This document shows, in pieces, positions 15,501 to 28,370 of a stretch of 64,000 nucleotides of DNA. The notes under the pieces were generated by a model. The model ran no database searches. It saw only the letters and a list, made by a program, of their open reading frames with translations, and was not told the DNA's origin. Position 1 is the stretch's first letter, and each line of letters begins with the position of its first letter. The stretch is from assembly GCA_010909165.1 (NCBI GenBank), contig MU008188.1, forward strand, positions 186,001 through 250,000, given 5' to 3'. Source of the DNA: Anthoceros angustus. Lineage: Eukaryota > Plantae > Anthocerotophyta. The translations under genes were made by a program, and so were the position numbers.

Positions 15501-17160
15501 GCCCAAGGTCTCTTTATTACACCCTATTCTGATGGTTAGCCTAATCGCCCCCTACTATTTCCCTTATTCCACCTATCTACGCCTGGCTGGTAGTGGTGTT
15601 GCCCGATTCCGCCTTTTGGCGCTGGCCAAGCCCTAGCCCCGACAATCGCGGCGCTCCAATCGGATGATCCGAGGCGGGCCCCTACCTCTCTCAGAATCAT
15701 CAGCGCGCCGGCTGCTCGACAACGGCGGGTCACCACTAAATCCTCCTCCCCATCCTCTCTTATCTTCTTGGCGAGCCCTTATGCAGTGGGCCCTCCAAGA
15801 GATGGTTCGCTGTGTTGGTGATTGGTGGCTCCCTTCCGCCAAGTCCGGACCTCGGTCCGGACCTCCGAGTCCGGACCTCTAGGTCCGGTCTTCTCTGGGT
15901 CCGGACTGGTCCGGTCTTCGAGTCCGGACTGTGGTCCGGACTTGCCTGGGTCCGGACTTCCTCCGGAGGTGCTCGGCCTTGAGAAGCTCCAGCGTGGTAG
16001 TAGGCAAAGTCCGAATCGACTTGTTGAATTGCCTCCTCCACATGGGCCGGAGCACCCGGTACTCCTCCTCCGGAGGTGCTCGGCGGTTAGGCGCGTTGTC
16101 CCGCTTCTTTGGATCGTCTCGTGCGCCATGGCCAAGCCGGGCAGACTCCCTTGATGCCGCCAAGGCGGCCTCCGACACCTCCTGCAGCCTTTGCTGCTGC
16201 TCGACGCGCTCCTCCTCCCTTCGTCGTTGAAGCTCCACCAGTTTGCTGGCCATGGAGCTTCGCTCCCCCTCTGCCTCCCGCAATCGGACAAGCAGCCTCT
16301 ACTCCTCCTCCAGGGCTCTCGTCCCTCCGTTCATCCTTACCCGGAGGTCCGCCACTTCCTTCTCCAGGCGGGCCGGTATCTCCGCCCGGCTCCTGGCTTC
16401 CTCCAGCTCCTTCTTCAGCCTGGCGACATCCAACTCCTTAGATCGCCGCCTATTCTCTTCCGTCTTCAAGCGAAGCTGGAGACGCTCTATCTCCTGCTCA
16501 AAGTCTTGGATTCTCCCGTTGGGAATCCCGTGTTGCTCCGACGTCTTGGAGTTGCGCCTGTGGTGTCCTTGCCGCCTTCCGGCTCCTGCCGCTTCCTCTT
16601 GCTTTGCACAGGTCCCTTTTTCCCGGTGCTGGCCTCCATTTCTTCTTCACGACGCCTGCTTGCTCCTGCCACTTCGGCCTTGAGTTGTAGCAGCTACCCC
16701 GTCTCCCTCCACCGGTTCGATCACGTCGGTAGTGATCCCGGCCGACCTTAGCGGCTTCCGCCTCTGCGCCGCCTTCACGAGCCTCGGCTTGGTGTTGGTC
16801 TAGCCGAGCCGCCGCCAGTTAGGCCCGCCCACGACCCTCCTCCGCCTCTTTTGCGCTTCCTCCCTTCGCTTGCGAGGTCTTCAACCTGCCTCCTCCACCG
16901 CCACTGCTCGCACAAATGAAGGGTCTTGGTCCGCCTGTCAACTGGCCCTCGACCTCCGCCTCGCCTCCGGCGTTTCCCTCCTCGATTCGGGCGAGGGACT
17001 CCGCCTTCTTCTTCGCCTCCTGGGCCGCCTCTACCTGCCCTTGAAGATCCACCATCCTCCGCCGGGTGGCCTCCACTTCTTGGGTCTTCTCCGCTGTTCC
17101 GCAGAGACCCCAAAGCATACCGTCCATGACGGTAGCTAGAACTCGCCGTGTTTCTTCCAC
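12530..17160. repeat. GC-rich TE-like segment present as about 2 tandem copies, rich in GTCCGGAC palindromes and (CCT)n
   Basis: About 12563-14550 matches about 14965-16530; dozens of tccgga motifs; the minus strand encodes only low-complexity E/R/A-rich peptides. Confidence 0.8.
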
Positions 17161-17169
17161 GGCCGCCGC

Positions 17170-17760
17170 TGGCAATGCAGAGAAACAAGGGCATGATGTT
17201 CATAGCTGGGGGATGGGCGTGGAGAAGGGTATGGGCGTGGAGTAAGCCCCGAACAATGCCGAGAAACAAGGGCATGATGTTCATAGCTGGGGGATGGGTG
17301 TGGAGAAGGGTATGGGCGTGGAGTAAGCCCCGAACAATGCAGAGAAACAAGGGCATGATGTTCATAGCTGGGAGATGGGGGTGGAGAAAGGGCACGATGT
17401 TTATAACTGGGCTTGGGAGAAACAGCTGCATGATGTTCATAGCTGGGCTGGGGAGAAACAGCTGCATGATGTTTATAGTTGGGCTAGGGAGAAATAGCTG
17501 CATGATGTTTATAGTTGGGGGATGTGCGTGGAGTAACCCCGTAAGACACTAACAACTGGGATGGGCGTGAAGTAATCCCATAGAGCACTAACAATTGGCA
17601 TTTGGGATGGGCGTGGAGTAACCCCATAGGGCACTAACAATTGGCAAGCCCACACACAGTGGAGATAGGTCACACCCCATCCTAGCGTTGATCTGTCAGA
17701 AGGACACTTAACTATGGACTTGTATTGAACTCATGTCTGGATGTCACTCGTTGAAAGGCT
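17170..17760. repeat. Tandem 78-bp and 36-bp repeats (gagaaacaagggcatgatgttcatagctggg), related to 56360-56940
   Basis: Visible periodicity; shared motifs actaacaattggc and gaactca(t/c)gtctggatgtcact. Confidence 0.8.
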
Positions 17761-18149
17761 TGAAAGGAGTACATCATCTCGTACTCATTGAAGGGAGGAC
17801 ATCATCTCGAATTGTAAAGAGTAGAGTAGACCTTATTAATAGGCGAGATGGGAAATCCCATCTACCCTAAAGTCTGAGGAGGAACAACCCAAAAAGGGCT
17901 AATAGTAAAAGGGGAAGTCCTAGTCCTCTCAAATGCCTTTCCCGTAACTACCTACTGCACCAATGATATCGTGATCAGGGATGATGAAGAGCCTACCTAC
18001 CACTAGTGTTGAAGAAGCCGCTAGTTCTGCGTTCATCTCAAATTACACTTTGAGTTTTATTATCTCGAATTGTAAAGAGTAGACCTTATTAATAGGCGAG
18101 ATGGAAATCCCATCTACCCTAAAGTCCGAATCGACTTGTTGAATTGCCT

Positions 18150-18280
18150 CCTCCGCCTCCAATTCTTGTAGCTGTGATAGGCTTTTGCACACTCCTTAAT
18201 TAACCTAGAGAAGTCCTTGCCCATAGCCCCATGAGTCTCGAGGGCGAGGGGGTCAAGGAAGATGAAGGGCCTACCTACCA
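18150..18280 (-). mobile_element. RLE-type non-LTR retrotransposon C-terminal fragment
   Basis: PLALETHGAMGKD, homologous to PLAIETHGVMGKAD at about 47880. Confidence 0.6.
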
Positions 18281-18955
18281 TTGGTGCCGAAGAAGCCGCT
18301 AGTTCTGCGTTCATCTCAAATTACACTTTGAGTTTTATTATCTCGAATTAGAATTTTAATATATAATATAACATATATTTCATTATTTAAACTATTTAAT
18401 TAAATTTATGTTATAAATTATTATAATATGATGATAGTAATGAGCATAAATAAAGTTATTACTGTTGATAAATGTTCCTGCTTGTCACCCGGGTGACCCG
18501 GGTTTGATAGTCGGGAACGGCATATGAATCATAGATCTGAACTTGGGCATCTCACTACCGGAAATTTTTGGATAATTCGACGGGGCTTCCGCGTCTACCT
18601 AGTGGTTTAAATATTTGCCTTTATTGGTTGGACCACGGAGGTACATAACTTGGTAGGGTTTAGAGACGCTTCCGTTTACATAAATTAGACGCTCCCGGCA
18701 CCGGAAGCGGAAGCGGACAGTGAGAGATGATAATACGCGGGGTTTTGACCTTTGTGTAACCGCAGTTTTACAGTGGTGGTGGCGCAGTGAAGGGGGAGAG
18801 GGAGGTAGAGAGAGAGTGTATGTTACGGGACTCGTCACGGGATAGGTGCCAGCGATGCCAGAGAGAGAGAGGGCGAGTGAGGGCGGCGGGACGGGGACCA
18901 GGCCCAGGCCCAGGGGGAGGCCGCCGAAGGCGAGCGGAATAGGGCTGGCCGGGCT

Positions 18956-20897
18956 ATGGCCGCCGCTGGCGCTGCCTCTGGCGCAGCGGCAGCCGCAGCC
19001 ACAGCGAGTGCGGCAGCTGCCAGCAATTCTTCTCTGCCTGCTGCGCCTCCGCCCGCCAAGCGCATCAAACGCAAACTCGCCGATCTCTCGCCCGAGGAGG
19101 TGAGCAACCCGAGCTCTTCTCTCTTCCTGCCCTTTCCCTTTTTCCCTTGCCGTTGCCGGGGTTCCCAGGCCCAGGACCAGGGACCAGGGACCACGCCCAG
19201 CCCCAGACCCCGGCCGGGCCCCGCGTCCCCTTCCCCTCACCCCGCCAACCTCCCTCCTGTCCGCTTCTTCCTGTGACCTAATTCTGTCCCGCCCGCTTTC
19301 TTGTTCTCCTCGCCACGCCGCGGCATGTCGGCTAACCTGTGTCTCCGTCCCGGCTTCTGCTGCTGCAGATCAATGAGATCGTGGCCCTGAGGGGGAAAAT
19401 GCCCCAGGCTGTCGTGGGGAAAAAGTTTGGAATTGAGCAGACGGAAGTCAGTGCCATCCAAAGATTTCAGCGGGCTAAAACCGCGCGCCTGCTGGACGAT
19501 CATGAGAAAAAGGTAGCCTTTGTGGCGCCTTCCCAAAGTTTAGGGTTTTGGGGAACCCGAGCCCTTGCTGCATTTTCGTTGCCCAGTTTCGGCTTCTTAG
19601 TTCCGACCTTACTAATTCTGGACTAATTGTGTAGAGTCGTCGGAAGTGTTCAGAACCCTGTGAAAAGAGTGAAGGATGTGGAGTTGACTATCCCCATTGC
19701 GTATGGGACTATATCTTTCTGGCTTGGCAAGAAGGCAGACGAGTATGTGTCTGTCACCCCTTCGTGCTCTCTTGCTGGGATACTGGTTGCGGGCCGTTTT
19801 GCGGTGCCTTTATCGGGTTCAGGTGATTGTTGAGGTTCGAGAGTAATTTTCGGCTCAGGTTTCTCCATTTTTCTCTTGCACCGGATCTGTGCAGGTATCA
19901 TTCCCACAAGTGGACTGTCTATGTCCGGGGCGCTGGCAATGAGGACCTTGGAGTTGTCATTAAGAGGGTCGTCTTTCAGTTGCATCCCAGCTTCAACAAT
20001 CCTACCAGGATCGTGGAGACAGCTCCGTTTGAGCTGACTGAGACCGGGTGGGGCGAGTTTGAGATTGGCATCACCATTATTTTTCATGGTGATGTTGCCG
20101 AAAAACCCATTGAGATGTAGGTCGACTGCTCCATCATTTTTGAGGTGTGAAATGGGTGGGTGGCTTACTGGGATTTCAGCCTTTTCTTGTCTGGGCTTAA
20201 AAGACCGTTTCTTTTGTGCAGGTTTCATCACCTCAAGCTGTATCCGGAGGATGAATCTGGCCCCCAGAATACAAAAAAGCCAGTTGTGGTGGAGGCATAC
20301 GATGAAATAGTTTTCACTGAGCCTGCCGAGGCCTTTTTCAACCGTGTGCATTCGCACCCAGCTGTATTAGTGACTGGACCGGGCTCTGGGGCGTTGAATG
20401 CTGAGATGAACTCAGGTATTTAAATTTCACTGCGCGGATACTATTCCCTAGTCCTTAGCTCATCTGCATTGATCTGCTGCTGTTGAACAGCTATTCTGTA
20501 ACAACGTCTTCTGGAGTTGTAGGGGTTGGGAGTGACAGTGACAAGTCGAAGGGAGACACCAAAGACCATTCATTGGGTCAATGGTTTCTGAAACACGTCG
20601 ATACTGGCGAACTTCCTGTGTTGGCCGCTGCCCGTCAGCAGGTATGCCAGTATGAAGGCCTTTTTCCATCTGTTGACTCTAGTTTCATGGCAGGCTATAG
20701 CAGGAAGCTGTGCGCTTCACCAGTGATGGGCGTTAGTACGACGTGGTTTGGTCAGAAGATTGATGTTCCGCTCTTCCGTCTCTAACCTGTTATTGCCTTG
20801 CGCCATGCACAAGCAGGTGCAGGCCCATATTCAGAAACTGAAGAGGGATCTGCATGCACTTGAGACTGAGGCTGTTAGGTTGAAAGTAAACCGCTGA
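18956..20897 (+). CDS. YAF9: YEATS-domain protein YAF9/GAS41/TAF14b, about 7 exons
   Basis: [41 protein letters not shown]...[23 protein letters not shown]...[14 protein letters not shown]. Confidence 0.95.
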
Positions 20898-21424
20898 CGG
20901 TGGGTGGGAGATGGAGCATGCTGTTTGTGGTCTTAAATCACGGCGCCTCACCGGTTCTTCAAGTGACCATGCCGACGTACGTAGGACAGATGGTCATTTT
21001 TGGTCTTTGATTTGTCCGCCGCCTGCTGCTCCTGTGTATATTACTTGTAGTTCAGGGATGAACTGTAGAAATTGCAAGAATGGTAAAGGAAGAGGTTTGA
21101 GGAACGTATACCGTCTCATGTCGTGTTGCCGTGAGCGAACTTGCAGGAGGTCTTGCTGTGAGTTGATGACCAGCAAGCATAAAGCGATACCAGAAAATTG
21201 AAGCCCTGCCACTTGGGAAGCTGGTTTTCATAATCTGCATTGTTTTGTCAGTTCCGGATTTGGAACCTGTATTCGTGTATCAGTTATCGGCGGTGAGTCC
21301 GGCCACCGGCGGCGCTGCTGTCAGCGCTACCTGCGAACTATCGACTTTCTCAAATGTCATCGAGTAGGTGGCAATTCCAGCGTCCATCTTTCGGCTTAGG
21401 TCGAACGCTGCACTTGAATAGGCA

Positions 21425-24400
21425 CTACGTTCCAGCAAGGAAAACATATGTTTGCAATGAGAGTCGCGAAGCCTTTTGTACTGCGAATATGCACTTGGTG
21501 GCACTGTGAAAATCAAAGCAAAGCCTCAGAAATTTCACAAAGATCATGTGGGCACCCTCCGATGTGTGCACTTTGTTATGGGCAGAAAATTTCTCGCAGT
21601 GCCCGCATACACCGCCTTTCTTCCAATCAGGTATGTCTGCCGGCGATGACAACTCCAGATGTGAGACACACTCGTCTTTCTTCAATTTGGAAAACACTTG
21701 TCTCAGCCTTGCTTCACTCTTAGGATGCTTCTTATCCCCAACCATAAAGCTATGCACTAGTCCTTCCATGCCTGTCCACCAGCTCTGCCCCGGCTCCTTC
21801 CATGCCCTAAATTCTTTTCTCCTGGCCTGCATCTCCTGTGCCTGTTCCCACATCTGCGCACCGGTGTATATGTTCGACATCAACACATACGCTGCCGCAC
21901 CAGTCTTGTCTAGCTTAATTGCTTGGTCAAAAGCATGCCGCCCAATTTCAACGTTGCTCCACTTTCGACAAGCACCCAACAGAGCGTGCCAAAGTGAAGC
22001 ATTTGGAGGTACAGGCATTGTCCTTATCAAACCTAGAGCCTCATCCACGCGGCCTGCACGACCCAGGAGATCCACCATGCACGTGTAATGCTCCACCGTG
22101 GGAGTGATGCTGTAGTGTCTGCTCATACCCGCAAAGTACTCTCTCCCCTCCTTCACAAGACCAGCATGACTGCATGCTGTTAGTATGCTGAGAAAGGTGA
22201 TACCGACTGGGTGCACGCCATCGTCCTTCATTCTCCGAACCAGATTGAAGACCACTTCACTGTCCCCTTTGCTGGTGTAACCAGCAATAAGTGCACTCCA
22301 TGCAAAAACATCTCTTTCCTTTAGCGCATCAAACACTTGCTGTGCATCACCCATGCTCCCGGATTTCCCATACATGTTTATCAGACTGCCAGCTACAAAC
22401 ACATCAGCTTCAAGCCCTTTCCCTTTGATCTGTGCATGTAGCTGCCTTCCTAGATGCAAAGCTGCCAGGTTCCCGCATGCCTGCAGGAGGCTCACGAATG
22501 TGACATTGTCGGGCAGAACAATGCCTTCCTCTTGCATAGCACTGTAAAGACGAAGGGCTTCCTGGCCCATACCTTGCTGGGAATACCCTGATATCATGGC
22601 ATTCCACGTCGCCACATCTTTCTGACATAGTTCGTCAAATACTCTGTGCGCATGGCCCAAGCTACCACACTTTGCATACATGTGCACCAAACTGCTCGCT
22701 ACAAACATATCAGCTTCATGTCCTTGTACCCTAATTTGTGCATGAAGTTGTTTACCATTTTCCAAAGCTATGGTGCCCACAATTGCACATGCCTGTAGAA
22801 GGCGCACAAATGTCACAGAATCGGGCACAATGATCCCTTCTTCTTGCATAGCACCGTAAAGAGAAAGGCATTCCTGGCCCATGCCCTGCTGGGAATATCC
22901 TGCTATCATGGCATTCCACGTCACAACATCTTTCTGACATAGTCCATCAAATACTCTGCGAGCTTCTTCCAGGCTGCCAGACTTTGCATACATGTTCACC
23001 AAACTGTTGGCAACAAACACATCATCTTCATGACCTCGCTCTCTAATCTGCACATGAAGCTGCTTCCCCATTTCCAAGGCTGGAGCGCCCACACTTGCAC
23101 ACGCCTGCAAGAGGCACACAAATGTCACGGGATTGGGTACAGCGATTCCCTCCTCCTGCATACCATTGTAAAGACAAAGGGCTTCCTGGCCCATACCCTG
23201 CTGGGAATACCCTGCTATCATGGCGGTCCATGTCACAACATCTTTGTCAGCAAGCCTGTCAAACACTCTCTGAGCTTCTTCTAAGCTTCCGCACTTAGCA
23301 TACATGTTCACCAAACTGTTCCCTACAAACGCATCCCCTTCATGTCCTCGTTCTCTAATTCGCGCATGAATCCGCTTCCCCGTCTCCAAAGCTGAGGTGC
23401 CCACACTTGCACACGCTTGGAGGAGGCAAACAAATGTTACGGCAGTAGGTACAGAGATGCCTTCTTCTTCCATAGCACTGGAAAGGCGAAGGGCTTCCTG
23501 CCCCATGCCCTGCTGGGAATACCCTGCGAACATTGAATTCCACGTCACCACATCTTTCTGACCAATTCCGTCGAACACTTTTCGAGCGTCTTCCAAGCTG
23601 CCACACTTTGCATACATATCCACCAAGCAATTCCAGACAAATAAATCAGGTTCAACTCCACTGGCCAACACATCTGCATGTACCTGCTGTCCGGTCTCCA
23701 AATCTGATCCCCTTCCACAAGCTTGAAGGGCTGCCACAAACACGTGGCCATCTGGCGTCACACTTGACCTGCGCATCTGATGATATAGCTGTATGGCCTG
23801 TTTGTCCATCCCCCGTTTAACATGCGCAGAAATTATGGAAGACCACATGAAGGCATCTGGTCCCGCAGAGCCATCAAGCACATCCATCGCGTCTTGCAAC
23901 CTGCCATAGGAAGCGTACATCCTCAGAACGTGGTTGCACAAGAATGTGTCCGACTGGTATCCATTTCTCACCGTGAGAGCATGGACGCGGCGACCCAGAA
24001 CGAGGTCCTTCTCCAAAACACATTTCTTCAGCACAGAGTAAAACACGGACTTGGAAATGCAACACTCTGTCTGCACCAGAACTCCCAGAGCCTCAACAGC
24101 CTCACTAAGATTTCCTTCACGACATAGCTTGCTCACGGTGCCAGATGTTATCCTTCCGTATCCTGCAGGCCTGGGGGGGTCTGGATCATCCATCTCCACA
24201 TCCAAAGAGAAACCTGTTTAGCCAGAGGACCTGCTGGGGTTCCCCGCGTCGGAAGTCAGGCGGACGTACTGCCTGTGATCCCACCAGAGTGCGGGGGTCC
24301 AGAACAAATTGTCGCCACAATATCCGCCTCCAGCTCCAGGACATCCTCTTGCTTCGTTGCTCGCCAGCCGATGACTCCTTGAATTCACGCGAGTAGTAGC

Positions 24401-24434
24401 TAGCGCGAATACGTATTGTAACAAGTGCCCACAC
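21425..24434 (-). CDS. PLS-class PPR with E1/E2 and degenerate DYW:WW domain; frameshifted N-terminal PDF motif at 24216-24320
   Basis: 926-aa ORF 21425-24205 with repeated PLS triplets and WKEPGQSWWT. The deaminase motifs read GHCEK and CFDFH, with no terminal DYW. Confidence 0.9.
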
Positions 24435-24435
24435 A

Positions 24436-26807
24436 TCACATCACATGACGCGGCGCGACATGACATGCGGCGCGACATGACATGACGCATGACGCGGCAT
24501 GACATGACGCGGCATGACATGACATGACGCATGACATGACATGACATGACATGACGCGGCATGACGCGGCATGACATGACGGCGCGACATGACGCATGAC
24601 GCGACGCGGCGCGGCGACATGACATGACGCATGACATGCGGCATGACATGACGCGGCATGACGCGACGCGACGCGGCATGACATGACATGACATGACGCG
24701 ACATGACGCGACACATGACATGACATACATGACATGACATGACATGACATGACATGACATGACGGCATGACATGACATGACATGACGCAACGCATGCGAC
24801 ATGACGCGACGCGGCATGACATGATATGACATGACGCGGCGCGACATGACATGCATGACATACGACATAACGACATGACGCATGACATGACGCGGCATGA
24901 CGCATGACATGACATGACATGACATGACATGACATGACGCATGACATGACGCGACATGACATGAACATGATACGACGACATGACATAACGACATGACGAC
25001 ATGACATGACATAACGACATGACATAACATGACATGACATGACGCGGCGACATGACATGACATGACGCGACGCTGACATGACATGACATGACATGACATG
25101 ACGCGGCATGACATGACATGACATAACATGACATGACGCATGACGCGACGCTGACATGACATGGCGACATGACATGACGCGGCATGACGCGACGCGACGC
25201 GGCATGACATGACATGACATGACATGACATGACATGACGCGGCATGACATGACGCGGCGCGGCATGACATGACATGACATGACATGACGCGACGCGGCAT
25301 GACGCGACATGACATGACATGACATGACACGACATGACATGACATGATGACATGACATGATACGACATGACATGATACGACATGACGCGACATGACATGA
25401 CATGACATGACATGACATGACATGACACGATGATGACGACATGACATGACATGACATATTACGACATGACACGACATGACATGACATGACACACATGACA
25501 TGACATGGCATGACGACATGACATGACATGACATGACATGACATGACATGACATGACATGACATGACATGACATGACATGACATGACATGACATGATGAC
25601 ACGATTATGACATGACATGACATGACATACGACATGATATGACATGACATGACATGACATGGCGGCATGACATGACATGACATGACACGATACGACATGA
25701 CACGACATGACATTAATATGACATGATGACATGACATGACATGACATGACATGACGTGACATGACATGACATGACATGACATGACATGACATGATACGAC
25801 ATGACATGACATGACATGATATGACATGACATGACGACATGACATGACATGACATGACATGACATGACATGATGACATGACATGACATGACATGACGCGG
25901 CGCGCATGACATGACATGACGCATGACATGACATGGCATGACATGACATGACATGACATGACATGACGCGGCATGACATGACGCGGCGACATGACATGAC
26001 ATGACATGATACGCATATGACATGACATGACATGACATGACGCGACATGACATGACATGACGCGGCATGACGCGACGCGGCATGACGCGACGCGGCGACA
26101 TGACATGACATGACACGACATGACATGACATGACATGACGCGACATGACATGATATGACATGACACATGACATGACGCGACGCGGCATGACATGACGCGA
26201 CGCGGCATGACATGACGCGACATGACATGATATGACATGACATGACGCGACGCGACATGACATGACATGACACGACATGACGCGGCATGACGCGACATGG
26301 CGTGACATGACATGACACGACATGACATGACATGACGCATGACATGACGCGGCGACATGACATGACATGGCGTGACATGACATGACATGATGACATGACA
26401 CGACATGACATGACACATGACATGACGTGACATGACATGGCGTGACATGACATGACGCGGCATGACGCGACGCGGCATGACATGACGTGACATGACATGA
26501 CGCGGCGACATGACATGGCGTGACATGACGTGACATGACGTGACATGACATGACATGACGTGACATGACATGACGCGGCGACATGACATGGCGTGACGTG
26601 ACATGACATGGCGTGACATGACATGGCGTGACATGACGTGACGTGACATGACATGGCGTGACATGACATGGCGTGACATGACGGCGTGACATGGCGTGAC
26701 ATGACATGACATGACATGACATGACATGACATGACATGACATGACATGACATGACATGACATGACATGACATGACATGACATGACATGACATGACATGAC
26801 ATGACAT
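24436..26807. repeat. (CATGA)n pentanucleotide satellite, about 2.4 kb, with CGCGA/CGCGG/CGTGA/CACGA variants
   Basis: Directly visible. Confidence 0.99.
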
Positions 26808-28002
26808 AATATGCGGCGAATGCTATGCCCACCAAAAAGAGATGAACAATATGGAAACTGCCCACCAAAAAGAGACGAACAATATGGAAACCGCGACCTC
26901 CTCCAACATTTTCAATAGAATTTCTCATAATACTTTGAATTTCTTAGAATGCACTATAACTGAGTGGATGTGTGGGAATGATTCATTTGTTGGCTACCAT
27001 ACCAACTGCAGCTCAATTGAAACATTTAGCAACATGGATTTGGCGCATCCCTTGGATCCAATAAGCTACCAGGTTTGCAGCAATTCATGACCTCAAGAAG
27101 GAGGATTTGAGTCCTTGAAGCCCCATGAATTGGTCTGGTATGACCTACTTTTGAATGTGCCCAACGTCATCAAAATGTGCATATCCAATTAGGCAACTAT
27201 ACAATGCTCTTACAAACCACTACAAAAAGTCCTCAATATTTATGAGACAAACCTGTTGGCACAATGAACTGCTTGACCCACACATAAACGCCAAGTTTAG
27301 ACACAGAGCTTAGTTGATCGTCTTATCTTGACCCCAATTATCCCCTAAGGTGGGTGTTTCATGGTAGGTGGGGCCCTTGTACCTCTAATTTATCAATAAA
27401 GATATTCCTTAGGCTGGGTTTCCATGAACTTCAACCCGAAGCCCTTTTTGCTAATGGGACGAATAGGACAAAGTCTTAATTTTTTGTGGCCCATAGTTGA
27501 GGCCACCGCAAACGGTATAGAAATCCTTTTTATAACGGGCCCATTCCAAATGGATGGGAAGGCTTGGATGAGACCAAGCTCTACGGTAACCCAATTCTAG
27601 GGGTTTCTAATCTCGGACTTGGCGGTTCGGAGGAGGCCTCACAATTTGTCTTCACTCTCGTTTTCTGATGCCGGGCTCAACGCAAGTCTCATCAAGGTCT
27701 TGAAGCGCAAATGGGTCTCAAGATCGTGAAGCACAACGGAACCAACAAAGTGGCCCCTGATCATCGTGACCAATCTACAATCACGCTCAAAAGCTCATGA
27801 CATTTCGAGCAGTTCAAGTTGTCCATACATTCCTTCACTTCTTTAGGGTTGACTCTCATGCCATCGATCCAGGGCAGGTGCGTTGGTAGATTTTGCTATT
27901 CCAATTTTTCTTTTCCATTTTCCATCATCCGCTCATTGCTCACCGTGCGCAGCGCTCAATGCTCATTGTGCTCATTGATCATTGATGCCTAAGGAAATCA
28001 TA

Positions 28003-28370
28003 AGGAACCAATTCCCTTCTAGAATATCTTTAAGCAAGGTTGCCTGACAAAAAATATGGTAGTGCCCCTTGCTACATCTGTTGCAAAGGAGCATGAGCTC
28101 TCCATTTGTTGCATGCCCACAAACCTCACATGCCAGGTTTGTGGGTGGTATCTATGCTTGTGGCACCAACTTGGTGTCCACATTAGGAAGGTGGCAAGGG
28201 GCCTAATATTTGTGGTGTGATCCTTGTATCTTTTGCCATCCTTCCCAAGCTTCCAGTTTGACCACTCCTTGGTCTCCTATTTGCACCACTCGTTATGTAA
28301 GTCTACATATGTTGTTGTCCACGGTACTGCCTTCTGGTGCTGTAGATACACAAAGTTGCCTTTGACATTC
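28003..28370 (-). mobile_element. Relic of a Ty3/Gypsy integrase C-terminus with PHD finger
   Basis: Manual translation: RVVQIGDQGVVKL...PCHLPNVD...ACEVCGHATNGELMLLCNRCSKGHYHIFC...LEGNWF. Confidence 0.6.

Noticed and set aside
13763-17552. Many overlapping Pro/Arg/Glu-rich ORFs, including an extensin-like one
   Set aside because: GC-rich low-complexity duplicated DNA with no recognisable domain
24218-26928. Long MSCHV-repeat ORFs (up to 859 aa)
   Set aside because: Consequence of the stop-free reverse strand of (CATGA)n in all frames; no coding evidence
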